Source of the DNA: Azolla caroliniana
Taxonomy: Eukaryota; Plantae; Polypodiophyta
Assembly: GCA_043228905.1 (NCBI GenBank)
Contig: JBHGNT010000016.1
Location: 372,001 to 436,000 of the forward strand
Length of the DNA stretch: 64,000 nucleotides
Direction: 5' to 3'
Of this stretch, positions 42,401-57,005 are shown in pieces. The stretch's first letter is position 1. Each line of letters starts with the position of its first letter. The translations under genes and the position numbers were made by a program. The notes beneath the pieces were generated by a model. It was given only the letters and a program-made list of their open reading frames with translations. It ran no database searches and was not told where the DNA came from.

Positions 42401-44176
42401 TCACATGTTTGAACACAAAAATCCGATATCACACGAGCCACGGATGAACATTTTAATTTACCTACTAGCGCTTGTCAACTCCCTCCTCAAATTTGCTAAT
42501 TTCTTCATGTCTCTCGACCTGAGTTTCAAAATCTTGATTTTTTAATTCCATATCAGAGCTAGCGCTGTTAGCTTCGATTCACATGTTTGAACACAAAAAT
42601 CCGATATCACACGAGCCTGGTATGAACATTTTAATTTACTAACGCGCTCTTCTCCACTACGTCCTCAAATTTACTAATTTCTTCATGTCTCTCTACCTGA
42701 GTTTCAAAATGTTGATTTTTTATATGTATATTAGAGCTAGCGTTGGTAGCTTCGATTCGCATGTTTGAACACAAAAATCCGATATCACACGAGCTAGGTA
42801 TGAACATTTTAATTTACTAACGCGCTCTTCTCTACTACCTCCTCAAATTTGCTAATTTCTTCATTTGTGTCGACCTGAGTTTCAAAATCTTGATTTTTTA
42901 ATTCCATATGACAGCTAGCGTTGTTAGCTTCGCTTCGCATGTTTGAACAAAGAAATCCGATATCACAAGAGCCAGGTATGAACATTTTAATTTACTAACG
43001 CGCTCTTCTCCACTACCTCTTCAATTTTGCTAATTTCTTCATATCTCTCGAGCTGAGTTTCAAAATCTTGATATTTTAATTCCATATCAGAGCTAGTGCT
43101 GTTAGCTTCGATTCGCATGTTTCAACATAGAAATCCGATATCACACGAGCCAGGTATGAACATTTTAATTTACCTACTAGCTCTTGTCAACTCCCTCCTA
43201 GAATTTGCTAATTTCTTCATGTGTGTCGACCTAAGTTTCAAAACTTGATTTTTTAATTCCATATCACAGCTAGCGTTGTTAGCTTCGATTCCCATGTTTG
43301 AACACAGAAATCAGATATCACTCGAGCCTGGTATGAACATTTTAATTTACTAACGTGCTCTTTTCCACTACCGCCTCAAATTTGCTAATTTCTTCATGTC
43401 TCTCGACCTGAGTTTCAAAATCTTGATTTTTCAATTCCATATCAGAGCTAGCGTTCTTAGCTTTGATTCTTATGTTTGAACACAAAAATCCGATATCACA
43501 CGAGCCAGGTATGAACATTTTAATTTACTGACTAGCTCTTCTCAACTCCCTCCTCAAATTTCTTAATTTCTTCATGTCTCTCGACCTGAGTTTCAAAATC
43601 TTGATTTTTTAATTCCATAACAGAGCTAGCGCTGTTAGCTTCGATTCACATGTTTGAACACAAAAATCTGATATCACACGAACCACGTATGAACATTTTA
43701 ATTTACCTACTAGCGCTTGTCAACTCCCTCTTCAAATTTACTAATTTCTTCATGTCTCTCGACCTGAGTTTCAAAATCTTGATTTTTCAATTTCATATTA
43801 GTGCTAGCGTTGTTAGCTTCGATTCGCATGTTTGAACACAAAAATCCGATATCACACGAGCCACGTATGAACATTTTAATATAACCTACTAGCTCTTGTC
43901 AACTCCCTCCTAAAATTTGCTAATTTCTTCATGTCTCTCGACCTGAGTTTCAAAATCTTGATTTTTTAATTCCATATCAGAGCTAGCGTTGTTAGCTTCG
44001 ATTCGCATGTTTGAACATAAAAATCCGATATCCTACGAGCCAGGTATGAACCTTTTAATTTACCTACTAGCGCTTGTCAACTCCCTCCGCAAATTAGCTA
44101 ATTTCTTCATGTCTCTCGACCTGAGTTTCAAAATTTTGATTTTTTAATACCATTTCAGAGCTAGCGTTGCTAGCTC

Positions 44177-46321
44177 CGATTCGCATGTTTGAACATAAAA
44201 ATCCGATATCACACGAGCCTGGTATGAACATTTTAATTTACTAACGCGCTCTTCTCCACTACGTCCTCAAATTTACTAATTTCTTCATGTCTCTCGACCT
44301 GAGTTTCAAAATCTTGATTTTTTATATGTATATTAGAGCTACCGTTGTTAGCTTCGATTCGCATGTTTGAACACAAAAATCCGATATCACACGAACCACG
44401 TATGAACATTTTAATTTACCTACTAGCGCTTATCAACTCCCTCCTCAAATTTGCTAATTTCTTCATGTCTCTCGACCTGAGTTTCAAAATCTTGATTTTT
44501 CAATTCCATATTAGTGCTATCAGAGCTAGCGTTGTTAGCTCTGATTCGCATGTTTGAACATAAAAATCCGATATCATACGAGCCAGGTATGAACCTCTTA
44601 ATTTACCTACTAGCGCTTGTCAACTCCCTCCTTAAATTTGCTAATTTCTTCATGTCTCTCGACCTGAGTTTCAAAATCTTGATTTTTTAATACCATATCA
44701 GAGCTAGCGTTGCTAGCTTCGATTCGCATGTTTGAACACAAAAATCCGATATCACACGAGCCTGGTATGAACATTTTAATTTACTAACGCGCTCTTCTCC
44801 ACTACGTCCTCAAATTTACTAATTTCTTCATGTCTCTCTACCTGAGTTTCAAAATGTTGATTTTTTATATGTATATTAGAGCTAGCGTTGGTAGCTTCGA
44901 TTCGCATGTTTGAACACAAAAATCCGATATCACACGAGCTAGGTATGAACATTTTAATTTACTAACGCGCTCTTCTCTACTACCTCCTCAAATTTGCTAA
45001 TTTCTTCATTTGTGTCGACCTGAGTTTCAAAATCTTGATTTTTTAATTCCATATGACAGCTAGCGTTGTTAGCTTCGCTTCGCATGTTTGAACAAAGAAA
45101 TCCGATATCACAAGAGCCAGGTATGAACATTTTAATTTACTAACGCGCTCTTCTCCACTACCTCTTCAATTTTGCTAATTTCTTCATATCTCTCGAGCTG
45201 AGTTTCAAAATCTTGATATTTTAATTCCATATCAGAGCTAGTGCTGTTAGCTTCGATTCGCATGTTTCAACATAGAAATCCGATATCACACGAGCCAGGT
45301 ATGAACATTTTAATTTACCTACTAGCTCTTGTCAACTCCCTCCTAGAATTTGCTAATTTCTTCATGTGTGTCGACCTAAGTTTCAAAACTTGATTTTTTA
45401 ATTCCATATCACAGCTAGCGTTGTTAGCTTCGATTCCCATGTTTGAACACAGAAATCAGATATCACTCGAGCCTGGTATGAACATTTTAATTTACTAACG
45501 TGCTCTTTTCCACTACCGCCTCAAATTTGCTAATTTCTTCATGTCTCTCGACCTGAGTTTCAAAATCTTGATTTTTCAATTCCATATCAGAGCTAGCGTT
45601 CTTAGCTTTGATTCTTATGTTTGAACACAAAAATCCGATATCACACGAGCCAGGTATGAACATTTTAATTTACTGACTAGCTCTTCTCAACTCCCTCCTC
45701 AAATTTCTTAATTTCTTCATGTCTCTCGACCTGAGTTTCAAAATCTTGATTTTTTAATTCCATAACAGAGCTAGCGCTGTTAGCTTCGATTCACATGTTT
45801 GAACACAAAAATCTGATATCACACGAACCACGTATGAACATTTTAATTTACCTACTAGCGCTTGTCAACTCCCTCTTCAAATTTACTAATTTCTTCATGT
45901 CTCTCGACCTGAGTTTCAAAATCTTGATTTTTCAATTTCATATTAGTGCTAGCGTTGTTAGCTTCGATTCGCATGTTTGAACACAAAAATCCGATATCAC
46001 ACGAGCCACGTATGAACATTTTAATATAACCTACTAGCTCTTGTCAACTCCCTCCTAAAATTTGCTAATTTCTTCATGTCTCTCGACCTGAGTTTCAAAA
46101 TCTTGATTTTTTAATTCCATATCAGAGCTAGCGTTGTTAGCTTCGATTCGCATGTTTGAACATAAAAATCCGATATCCTACGAGCCAGGTATGAACCTTT
46201 TAATTTACCTACTAGCGCTTGTCAACTCCCTCCGCAAATTAGCTAATTTCTTCATGTCTCTCGACCTGAAATTCAAAATCTGGATTTTTCAACTCCTTAA
46301 CAGAGCTAACGTTGTTAGCTT
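44177..46321. repeat. 12-mer HOR variant, 2,145 bp, copy 1
   Basis: Six monomers of the 15-mer are replaced by three others, one of which is 187 bp (9-bp insertion, ATTAGTGCT-ATCAGAGCT at ~44510-44527). 12x178+9 = 2,145. Confidence 0.93.
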
Positions 46322-49300
46322 CGATTCGCATGTTTGAACACAAAAATCCGATATCACATGAGCCACGGATGAACATTTTAATTTACTAACGCGCTCTTCT
46401 CCACTACCTCCTCAAATTTGCTAATTTCTTCATGTCTCACGACCTGAATTTCAAAATCTTGATTTTTTAAATCCATATCTGAGCTAGCGTTGTTAGCTTC
46501 GATTCGCATGTTTGAACACAAAAATCCGATATCACACGAGCCACGGATGAACATTTTAATTTACTAACGCGCTCTTCTCCACTACCTCCTCAAATTTGCT
46601 AATTTCTTCATGTCTCTCGACCTATGTTTCAAAATCTTGATTTTTTAATTCCATATCAGAGCAAGCGTTGTTAGCTTCGATTCCCATGTTTGAATACAAA
46701 AATACGATATCACACGAGCCACATATGAACATTTTAATTTACCTACTAGCTCTTGTCAACTCCCACCTGAAATTTGCTAATTTCTTCACGTCTCTCGACC
46801 TGACTTTCAAAATCTTGACTTTTTAATTCCATATTAGAGCTAGCGTTGTTAGCTTTGATTCTTATGTTTGAACACAGCAATCCGATATCACACGAGCCAG
46901 GTATGAACATTTTAATTTACCTACTAGCTCTTGTCAACTCCCTACTCAAATTTGTTAATTTCTTCATGTCTCTCGACCTGAGTTTCAAAATCTTGATTTT
47001 TGAATTCCATATTAGAGCTAGCGTTGTTAGCTTCGATTCACATGTTTTAACATAAAAATCCGATATCATACGAGCCAGGTATGAACCTTTTAATTTACCT
47101 ACTAACGCTTGTTAACTCCCTCCTCAAATTTGCTAATTTCTTCATATCTCTCGACCTGAAGCTTCAAAATCTTGATTTTTTAATTCCATAACATAGCTAG
47201 CGCTGTTAGCTTCGATTCACATGTTTGAACACAAAAATCCGATATCACACGAGCCACGGATGAACATTTTAATTTACCTACTAGCGCTTGTCAACTCCCT
47301 CCTCAAATTTGCTAATTTCTTCATGTCTCTCGACCTGAGTTTCAAAATCTTGATTTTTTAATTCCATATCAGAGCTAGCGCTGTTAGCTTCGATTCACAT
47401 GTTTGAACACAAAAATCCGATATCACACGAGCCTGGTATGAACATTTTAATTTACTAACGCGCTCTTCTCCACTACGTCCTCAAATTTACTAATTTCTTC
47501 ATGTCTCTCTACCTGAGTTTCAAAATGTTTATTTTTTATATGTATATTAGAGCTAGCGTTGGTAGCTTCGATTCGCATGTTTGAACACAAAAATCCGATA
47601 TCACACGAGCTAGGTATGAACATTTTAATTTACTAACGCGCTCTTCTCTACTACCTCCTCAAATTTGCTAATTTCTTCATTTGTGTCGACCTGAGTTTCA
47701 AAATCTTGATTTTTTAATTCCATATGACAGCTAGCGTTGTTAGCTTCGCTTCGCATGTTTGAACAAAGAAATCCGATATCACAAGAGCCAGGTATGAACA
47801 TTTTAATTTACTAACGCGCTCTTCTCCACTACCTCTTCAATTTTGCTAATTTCTTCATATCTCTCGAGCTGAGTTTCAAAATCTTGATATTTTAATTCCA
47901 TATCAGAGCTAGTGCTGTTAGCTTCGATTCGCATGTTTCAACATAGAAATCCGATATCACACGAGCCAGGTATGAACATTTTAATTTACCTACTAGCTCT
48001 TGTCAACTCCCTCCTAGAATTTGCTAATTTCTTCATGTGTGTCGACCTAAGTTTCAAAACTTGATTTTTTAATTCCATATCACAGCTAGCGTTGTTAGCT
48101 TCGATTCCCATGTTTGAACACAGAAATCAGATATCACTCGAGCCTGGTATGAACATTTTAATTTACTAACGTGCTCTTTTCCACTACCGCCTCAAATTTG
48201 CTAATTTCTTCATGTCTCTCGACCTGAGTTTCAAAATCTTGATTTCTCAATTCCATATCAGAGCTAGCGTTCTTAGCTTTGATTCTTATGTTTGAACACA
48301 AAAATCCGATATCACACGAGCCAGGTATGAACATTTTAATTTACTGACTAGCTCTTCTCAACTCCCTCCTCAAATTTCTTAATTTCTTCATGTCTCTCGA
48401 CCTGAGTTTCAAAATCTTGATTTTTTAATTCCATAACAGAGCTAGCGCTGTTAGCTTCGATTCACATGTTTGAACACAAAAATCTGATATCACACGAACC
48501 ACGTATGAACATTTTAATTTACCTACTAGCGCTTGTCAACTCCCTCTTCAAATTTACTAATTTCTTCATGTCTCTCGACCTGAGTTTCAAAATCTTGATT
48601 TTTCAATTTCATATTAGTGCTAGCGTTGTTAGCTTCGATTCGCATGTTTGAACACAAAAATCCGATATCACACGAGCCACGTATGAACATTTTAATATAA
48701 CCTACTAGCTCTTGTCAACTCCCTCCTAAAATTTGCTAATTTCTTCATGTCTCTCGACCTGAGTTTCAAAATCTTGATTTTTTAATTCCATATCAGAGCT
48801 AGCGTTGTTAGCTTCGATTCGCATGTTTGAACATAAAAATCCGATATCCTACGAGCCAGGTATGAACCTTTTAATTTACCTACTAGCGCTTGTCAACTCC
48901 CTCCGCAAATTAGCTAATTTCTTCATGTCTCTCGACCTGAAATTCAAAATCTGGATTTTTCAACTCCTTAACAGAGCTAACGTTGTTAGCTTCGATTCGC
49001 ATGTTTGAACACAAAAATCCGATATCACATGAGCCACGGATGAACATTTTAATTTACTAACGCGCTCTTCTCCACTACCTCCTCAAATTTGCTAATTTCT
49101 TCATGTCTCACGACCTGAATTTCAAAATCTTGATTTTTTAAATCCATATCTGAGCTAGCGTTGTTAGCTTCGATTCGCATGTTTGAACACAAAAATCCGA
49201 TATCACACGAGCCACGGATGAACATTTTAATTTACTAACGCGCTCTTCTCCACTACCTCCTCAAATTTGCTAATTTCTTCATGTCTCTCGACCTATGTTT

Positions 49301-52300
49301 CAAAATCTTGATTTTTTAATTCCATATCAGAGCAAGCGTTGTTAGCTTCGATTCCCATGTTTGAATACAAAAATACGATATCACACGAGCCACATATGAA
49401 CATTTTAATTTACCTACTAGCTCTTGTCAACTCCCACCTGAAATTTGCTAATTTCTTCACGTCTCTCGACCTGACTTTCAAAATCTTGACTTTTTAATTC
49501 CATATTAGAGCTAGCGTTGTTAGCTTTGATTCTTATGTTTGAACACAGCAATCCGATATCACACGAGCCAGGTATGAACATTTTAATTTACCTACTAGCT
49601 CTTGTCAACTCCCTACTCAAATTTGTTAATTTCTTCATGTCTCTCGACCTGAGTTTCAAAATCTTGATTTTTGAATTCCATATTAGAGCTAGCGTTGTTA
49701 GCTTCGATTCACATGTTTTAACATAAAAATCCGATATCATACGAGCCAGGTATGAACCTTTTAATTTACCTACTAACGCTTGTTAACTCCCTCCTCAAAT
49801 TTGCTAATTTCTTCATATCTCTCGACCTGAAGCTTCAAAATCTTGATTTTTTAATTCCATAACATAGCTAGCGCTGTTAGCTTCGATTCACATGTTTGAA
49901 CACAAAAATCCGATATCACACGAGCCACGGATGAACATTTTAATTTACCTACTAGCGCTTGTCAACTCCCTCCTCAAATTTGCTAATTTCTTCATGTCTC
50001 TCGACCTGAGTTTCAAAATCTTGATTTTTTAATTCCATATCAGAGCTAGCGCTGTTAGCTTCGATTCACATGTTTGAACACAAAAATCCGATATCACACG
50101 AGCCTGGTATGAACATTTTAATTTACTAACGCGCTCTTCTCCACTACGTCCTCAAATTTACTAATTTCTTCATGTCTCTCTACCTGAGTTTCAAAATGTT
50201 TATTTTTTATATGTATATTAGAGCTAGCGTTGGTAGCTTCGATTCGCATGTTTGAACACAAAAATCCGATATCACACGAGCTAGGTATGAACATTTTAAT
50301 TTACTAACGCGCTCTTCTCTACTACCTCGTCAAATTTGCTAATTTCTTCATTTGTGTCGACCTGAGTTTCAAAATCTTGATTTTTTAATTCCATATGACA
50401 GCTAGCGTTGTTAGCTTCGCTTCGCATGTTTGAACAAAGAAATCCGATATCACAAGAGCCAGGTATGAACATTTTAATTTACTAACGCGCTCTTCTCCAC
50501 TACCTCTTCAATTTTGCTAATTTCTTCATATCTCTCGAGCTGAGTTTCAAAATCTTGATATTTTAATTCCATATCAGAGCTAGTGCTGTTAGCTTCGATT
50601 CGCATGTTTCAACATAGAAATCCGATATCACACGAGCCAGGTATGAACATTTTAATTTACCTACTAGCTCTTGTCAACTCCCTCCTAGAATTTGCTAATT
50701 TCTTCATGTGTGTCGACCTAAGTTTCAAAACTTGATTTTTTAATTCCATATCACAGCTAGCGTTGTTAGCTTCGATTCCCATGTTTGAACACAGAAATCA
50801 GATATCACTCGAGCCTGGTATGAACATTTTAATTTACTAACGTGCTCTTTTCCACTACCGCCTCAAATTTGCTAATTTCTTCATGTCTCTCGACCTGAGT
50901 TTCAAAATCTTGATTTTTCAATTCCATATCAGAGCTAGCGTTCTTAGCTTTGATTCTTATGTTTGAACACAAAAATCCGATATCACACGAGCCAGGTATG
51001 AACATTTTAATTTACTGACTAGCTCTTCTCAACTCCCTCCTCAAATTTCTTAATTTCTTCATGTCTCTCGACCTGAGTTTCAAAATCTTGATTTTTTAAT
51101 TCCATAACAGAGCTAGCGCTGTTAGCTTCGATTCACATGTTTGAACACAAAAATCTGATATCACACGAACCACGTATGAACATTTTAATTTACCTACTAG
51201 CGCTTGTCAACTCCCTCTTCAAATTTACTAATTTCTTCATGTCTCTCGACCTGAGTTTCAAAATCTTGATTTTTCAATTTCATATTAGTGCTAGCGTTGT
51301 TAGCTTCGATTCGCATGTTTGAACACAAAAATCCGATATCACACGAGCCACGTATGAACATTTTAATATAACCTACTAGCTCTTGTCAACTCCCTCCTAA
51401 AATTTGCTAATTTCTTCATGTCTCTCGACCTGAGTTTCAAAATCTTGATTTTTTAATTCCATATCAGAGCTAGCGTTGTTAGCTTCGATTCGCATGTTTG
51501 AACATAAAAATCCGATATCCTACGAGCCAGGTATGAACCTTTTAATTTACCTACTAGCGCTTGTCAACTCCCTCCGCAAATTAGCTAATTTCTTCATGTC
51601 TCTCGACCTGAAATTCAAAATCTGGATTTTTCAACTCCTTAACAGAGCTAACGTTGTTAGCTTCGATTCGCATGTTTGAACACAAAAATCCGATATCACA
51701 TGAGCCACGGATGAACATTTTAATTTACTAACGCGCTCTTCTCCACTACCTCCTCAAATTTGCTAATTTCTTCATGTCTCACGACCTGAATTTCAAAATC
51801 TTGATTTTTTAAATCCATATCTGAGCTAGCGTTGTTAGCTTCGATTCGCATGTTTGAACACAAAAATCCGATATCACACGAGCCACGGATGAACATTTTA
51901 ATTTACTAACGCGCTCTTCTCCACTACCTCCTCAAATTTGCTAATTTCTTCATGTCTCTCGACCTATGTTTCAAAATCTTGATTTTTTAATTCCATATCA
52001 GAGCAAGCGTTGTTAGCTTCGATTCCCATGTTTGAATACAAAAATACGATATCACACGAGCCACATATGAACATTTTAATTTACCTACTAGCTCTTGTCA
52101 ACTCCCACCTGAAATTTGCTAATTTCTTCACGTCTCTCGACCTGACTTTCAAAATCTTGACTTTTTAATTCCATATTAGAGCTAGCGTTGTTAGCTTTGA
52201 TTCTTATGTTTGAACACAGCAATCCGATATCACACGAGCCAGGTATGAACATTTTAATTTACCTACTAGCTCTTGTCAACTCCCTACTCAAATTTGTTAA

Positions 52301-55300
52301 TTTCTTCATGTCTCTCGACCTGAGTTTCAAAATCTTGATTTTTGAATTCCATATTAGAGCTAGCGTTGTTAGCTTCGATTCACATGTTTTAACATAAAAA
52401 TCCGATATCATACGAGCCAGGTATGAACCTTTTAATTTACCTACTAACGCTTGTTAACTCCCTCCTCAAATTTGCTAATTTCTTCATATCTCTCGACCTG
52501 AAGCTTCAAAATCTTGATTTTTTAATTCCATAACATAGCTAGCGCTGTTAGCTTCGATTCACATGTTTGAACACAAAAATCCGATATCACACGAGCCACG
52601 GATGAACATTTTAATTTACCTACTAGCGCTTGTCAACTCCCTCCTCAAATTTGCTAATTTCTTCATGTCTCTCGACCTGAGTTTCAAAATCTTGATTTTT
52701 TAATTCCATATCAGAGCTAGCGCTGTTAGCTTCGATTCACATGTTTGAACACAAAAATCCGATATCACACGAGCCTGGTATGAACATTTTAATTTACTAA
52801 CGCGCTCTTCTCCACTACGTCCTCAAATTTACTAATTTCTTCATGTCTCTCTACCTGAGTTTCAAAATGTTTATTTTTTATATGTATATTAGAGCTAGCG
52901 TTGGTAGCTTCGATTCGCATGTTTGAACACAAAAATCCGATATCACACGAGCTAGGTATGAACATTTTAATTTACTAACGCGCTCTTCTCTACTACCTCC
53001 TCAAATTTGCTAATTTCTTCATTTGTGTCGACCTGAGTTTCAAAATCTTGATTTTTTAATTCCATATGACAGCTAGCGTTGTTAGCTTCGCTTCGCATGT
53101 TTGAACAAAGAAATCCGATATCACAAGAGCCAGGTATGAACATTTTAATTTACTAACGCGCTCTTCTCCACTACCTCTTCAATTTTGCTAATTTCTTCAT
53201 ATCTCTCGAGCTGAGTTTCAAAATCTTGATATTTTAATTCCATATCAGAGCTAGTGCTGTTAGCTTCGATTCGCATGTTTCAACATAGAAATCCGATATC
53301 ACACGAGCCAGGTATGAACATTTTAATTTACCTACTAGCTCTTGTCAACTCCCTCCTAGAATTTGCTAATTTCTTCATGTGTGTCGACCTAAGTTTCAAA
53401 ACTTGATTTTTTAATTCCATATCACAGCTAGCGTTGTTAGCTTCGATTCCCATGTTTGAACACAGAAATCAGATATCACTCGAGCCTGGTATGAACATTT
53501 TAATTTACTAACGTGCTCTTTTCCACTACCGCCTCAAATTTGCTAATTTCTTCATGTCTCTCGACCTGAGTTTCAAAATCTTGATTTCTCAATTCCATAT
53601 CAGAGCTAGCGTTCTTAGCTTTGATTCTTATGTTTGAACACAAAAATCCGATATCACACGAGCCAGGTATGAACATTTTAATTTACTGACTAGCTCTTCT
53701 CAACTCCCTCCTCAAATTTCTTAATTTCTTCATGTCTCTCGACCTGAGTTTCAAAATCTTGATTTTTTAATTCCATAACAGAGCTAGCGCTGTTAGCTTC
53801 GATTCACATGTTTGAACACAAAAATCTGATATCACACGAACCACGTATGAACATTTTAATTTACCTACTAGCGCTTGTCAACTCCCTCTTCAAATTTACT
53901 AATTTCTTCATGTCTCTCGACCTGAGTTTCAAAATCTTGATTTTTCAATTTCATATTAGTGCTAGCGTTGTTAGCTTCGATTCGCATGTTTGAACACAAA
54001 AATCCGATATCACACGAGCCACGTATGAACATTTTAATATAACCTACTAGCTCTTGTCAACTCCCTCCTAAAATTTGCTAATTTCTTCATGTCTCTCGAC
54101 CTGAGTTTCAAAATCTTGATTTTTTAATTCCATATCAGAGCTAGCGTTGTTAGCTTCGATTCGCATGTTTGAACATAAAAATCCGATATCCTACGAGCCA
54201 GGTATGAACCTTTTAATTTACCTACTAGCGCTTGTCAACTCCCTCCGCAAATTAGCTAATTTCTTCATGTCTCTCGACCTGAGTTTCAAAATTTTGATTT
54301 TTTAAAACCATATCAGAGCTAGCGTTGCTAGCTTCGATTCGCATGTTTGAACACAAAAATCCGATATCACATGAGCCACGGATGAACATTTTAATTTACT
54401 AACGCGCTCTTCTCCACTACCTCCTCAAATTTGCTAATTTCTTCATGTCTCACGACCTGAATTTCAAAATCTTGATTTTTTAAATCCATATCTGAGCTAG
54501 CGTTGTTAGCTTCGATTCGCATGTTTGAACACAAAAATCCGATATCACACGAGCCACGGATGAACATTTTAATTTACTAACGCGCTCTTCTCCACTACCT
54601 CCTCAAATTTGCTAATTTCTTCATGTCTCTCGACCTATGTTTCAAAATCTTGATTTTTTAATTCCATATCAGAGCAAGCGTTGTTAGCTTCGATTCCCAT
54701 GTTTGAATACAAAAATACGATATCACACGAGCCACATATGAACATTTTAATTTACCTACTAGCTCTTGTCAACTCCCACCTGAAATTTGCTAATTTCTTC
54801 ACGTCTCTCGACCTGACTTTCAAAATCTTGACTTTTTAATTCCATATTAGAGCTAGCGTTGTTAGCTTTGATTCTTATGTTTGAACACAGCAATCCGATA
54901 TCACACGAGCCAGGTATGAACATTTTAATTTACCTACTAGCTCTTGTCAACTCCCTACTCAAATTTGTTAATTTCTTCATGTCTCTCGACCTGAGTTTCA
55001 AAATCTTGATTTTTGAATTCCATATTAGAGCTAGCGTTGTTAGCTTCGATTCACATGTTTTAACATAAAAATCCGATATCATACGAGCCAGGTATGAACC
55101 TTTTAATTTACCTACTAACGCTTGTTAACTCCCTCCTCAAATTTGCTAATTTCTTCATATCTCTCGACCTGAAGCTTCAAAATCTTGATTTTTTAATTCC
55201 ATAACATAGCTAGCGCTGTTAGCTTCGATTCACATGTTTGAACACAAAAATCCGATATCACACGAGCCACGGATGAACATTTTAATTTACCTACTAGCGC

Positions 55301-57005
55301 TTGTCAACTCCCTCCTCAAATTTGCTAATTTCTTCATGTCTCTCGACCTGAGTTTCAAAATCTTGATTTTTTAATTCCATATCAGAGCTAGCGCTGTTAG
55401 CTTCGATTCACATGTTTGAACACAAAAATCCGATATCACACGAGCCTGGTATGAACATTTTAATTTACTAACGCGCTCTTCTCCACTACGTCCTCAAATT
55501 TACTAATTTCTTCATGTCTCTCTACCTGAGTTTCAAAATGTTTATTTTTTATATGTATATTAGAGCTAGCGTTGGTAGCTTCGATTCGCATGTTTGAACA
55601 CAAAAATCCGATATCACACGAGCTAGGTATGAACATTTTAATTTACTAACGCGCTCTTCTCTACTACCTCCTCAAATTTGCTAATTTCTTCATTTGTGTC
55701 GACCTGAGTTTCAAAATCTTGATTTTTTAATTCCATATGACAGCTAGCGTTGTTAGCTTCGCTTCGCATGTTTGAACAAAGAAATCCGATATCACAAGAG
55801 CCAGGTATGAACATTTTAATTTACTAACGCGCTCTTCTCCACTACCTCTTCAATTTTGCTAATTTCTTCATATCTCTCGAGCTGAGTTTCAAAATCTTGA
55901 TATTTTAATTCCATATCAGAGCTAGTGCTGTTAGCTTCGATTCGCATGTTTCAACATAGAAATCCGATATCACACGAGCCAGGTATGAACATTTTAATTT
56001 ACCTACTAGCTCTTGTCAACTCCCTCCTAGAATTTGCTAATTTCTTCATGTGTGTCGACCTAAGTTTCAAAACTTGATTTTTTAATTCCATATCACAGCT
56101 AGCGTTGTTAGCTTCGATTCCCATGTTTGAACACAGAAATCAGATATCACTCGAGCCTGGTATGAACATTTTAATTTACTAACGTGCTCTTTTCCACTAC
56201 CGCCTCAAATTTGCTAATTTCTTCATGTCTCTCGACCTGAGTTTCAAAATCTTGATTTCTCAATTCCATATCAGAGCTAGCGTTCTTAGCTTTGATTCTT
56301 ATGTTTGAACACAAAAATCCGATATCACACGAGCCAGGTATGAACATTTTAATTTACTGACTAGCTCTTCTCAACTCCCTCCTCAAATTTCTTAATTTCT
56401 TCATGTCTCTCGACCTGAGTTTCAAAATCTTGATTTTTTAATTCCATAACAGAGCTAGCGCTGTTAGCTTCGATTCACATGTTTGAACACAAAAATCTGA
56501 TATCACACGAACCACGTATGAACATTTTAATTTACCTACTAGCGCTTGTCAACTCCCTCTTCAAATTTACTAATTTCTTCATGTCTCTCGACCTGAGTTT
56601 CAAAATCTTGATTTTTCAATTTCATATTAGTGCTAGCGTTGTTAGCTTCGATTCGCATGTTTGAACACAAAAATCCGATATCACACGAGCCACGTATGAA
56701 CATTTTAATATAACCTACTAGCTCTTGTCAACTCCCTCCTAAAATTTGCTAATTTCTTCATGTCTCTCGACCTGAGTTTCAAAATCTTGATTTTTTAATT
56801 CCATATCAGAGCTAGCGTTGTTAGCTTCGATTCGCATGTTTGAACATAAAAATCCGATATCCTACGAGCCAGGTATGAACCTTTTAATTTACCTACTAGC
56901 GCTTGTCAACTCCCTCCGCAAATTAGCTAATTTCTTCATGTCTCTCGACCTGAGTTTCAAAATTTTGATTTTTTAATACCATTTCAGAGCTAGCGTTGCT
57001 AGCTC

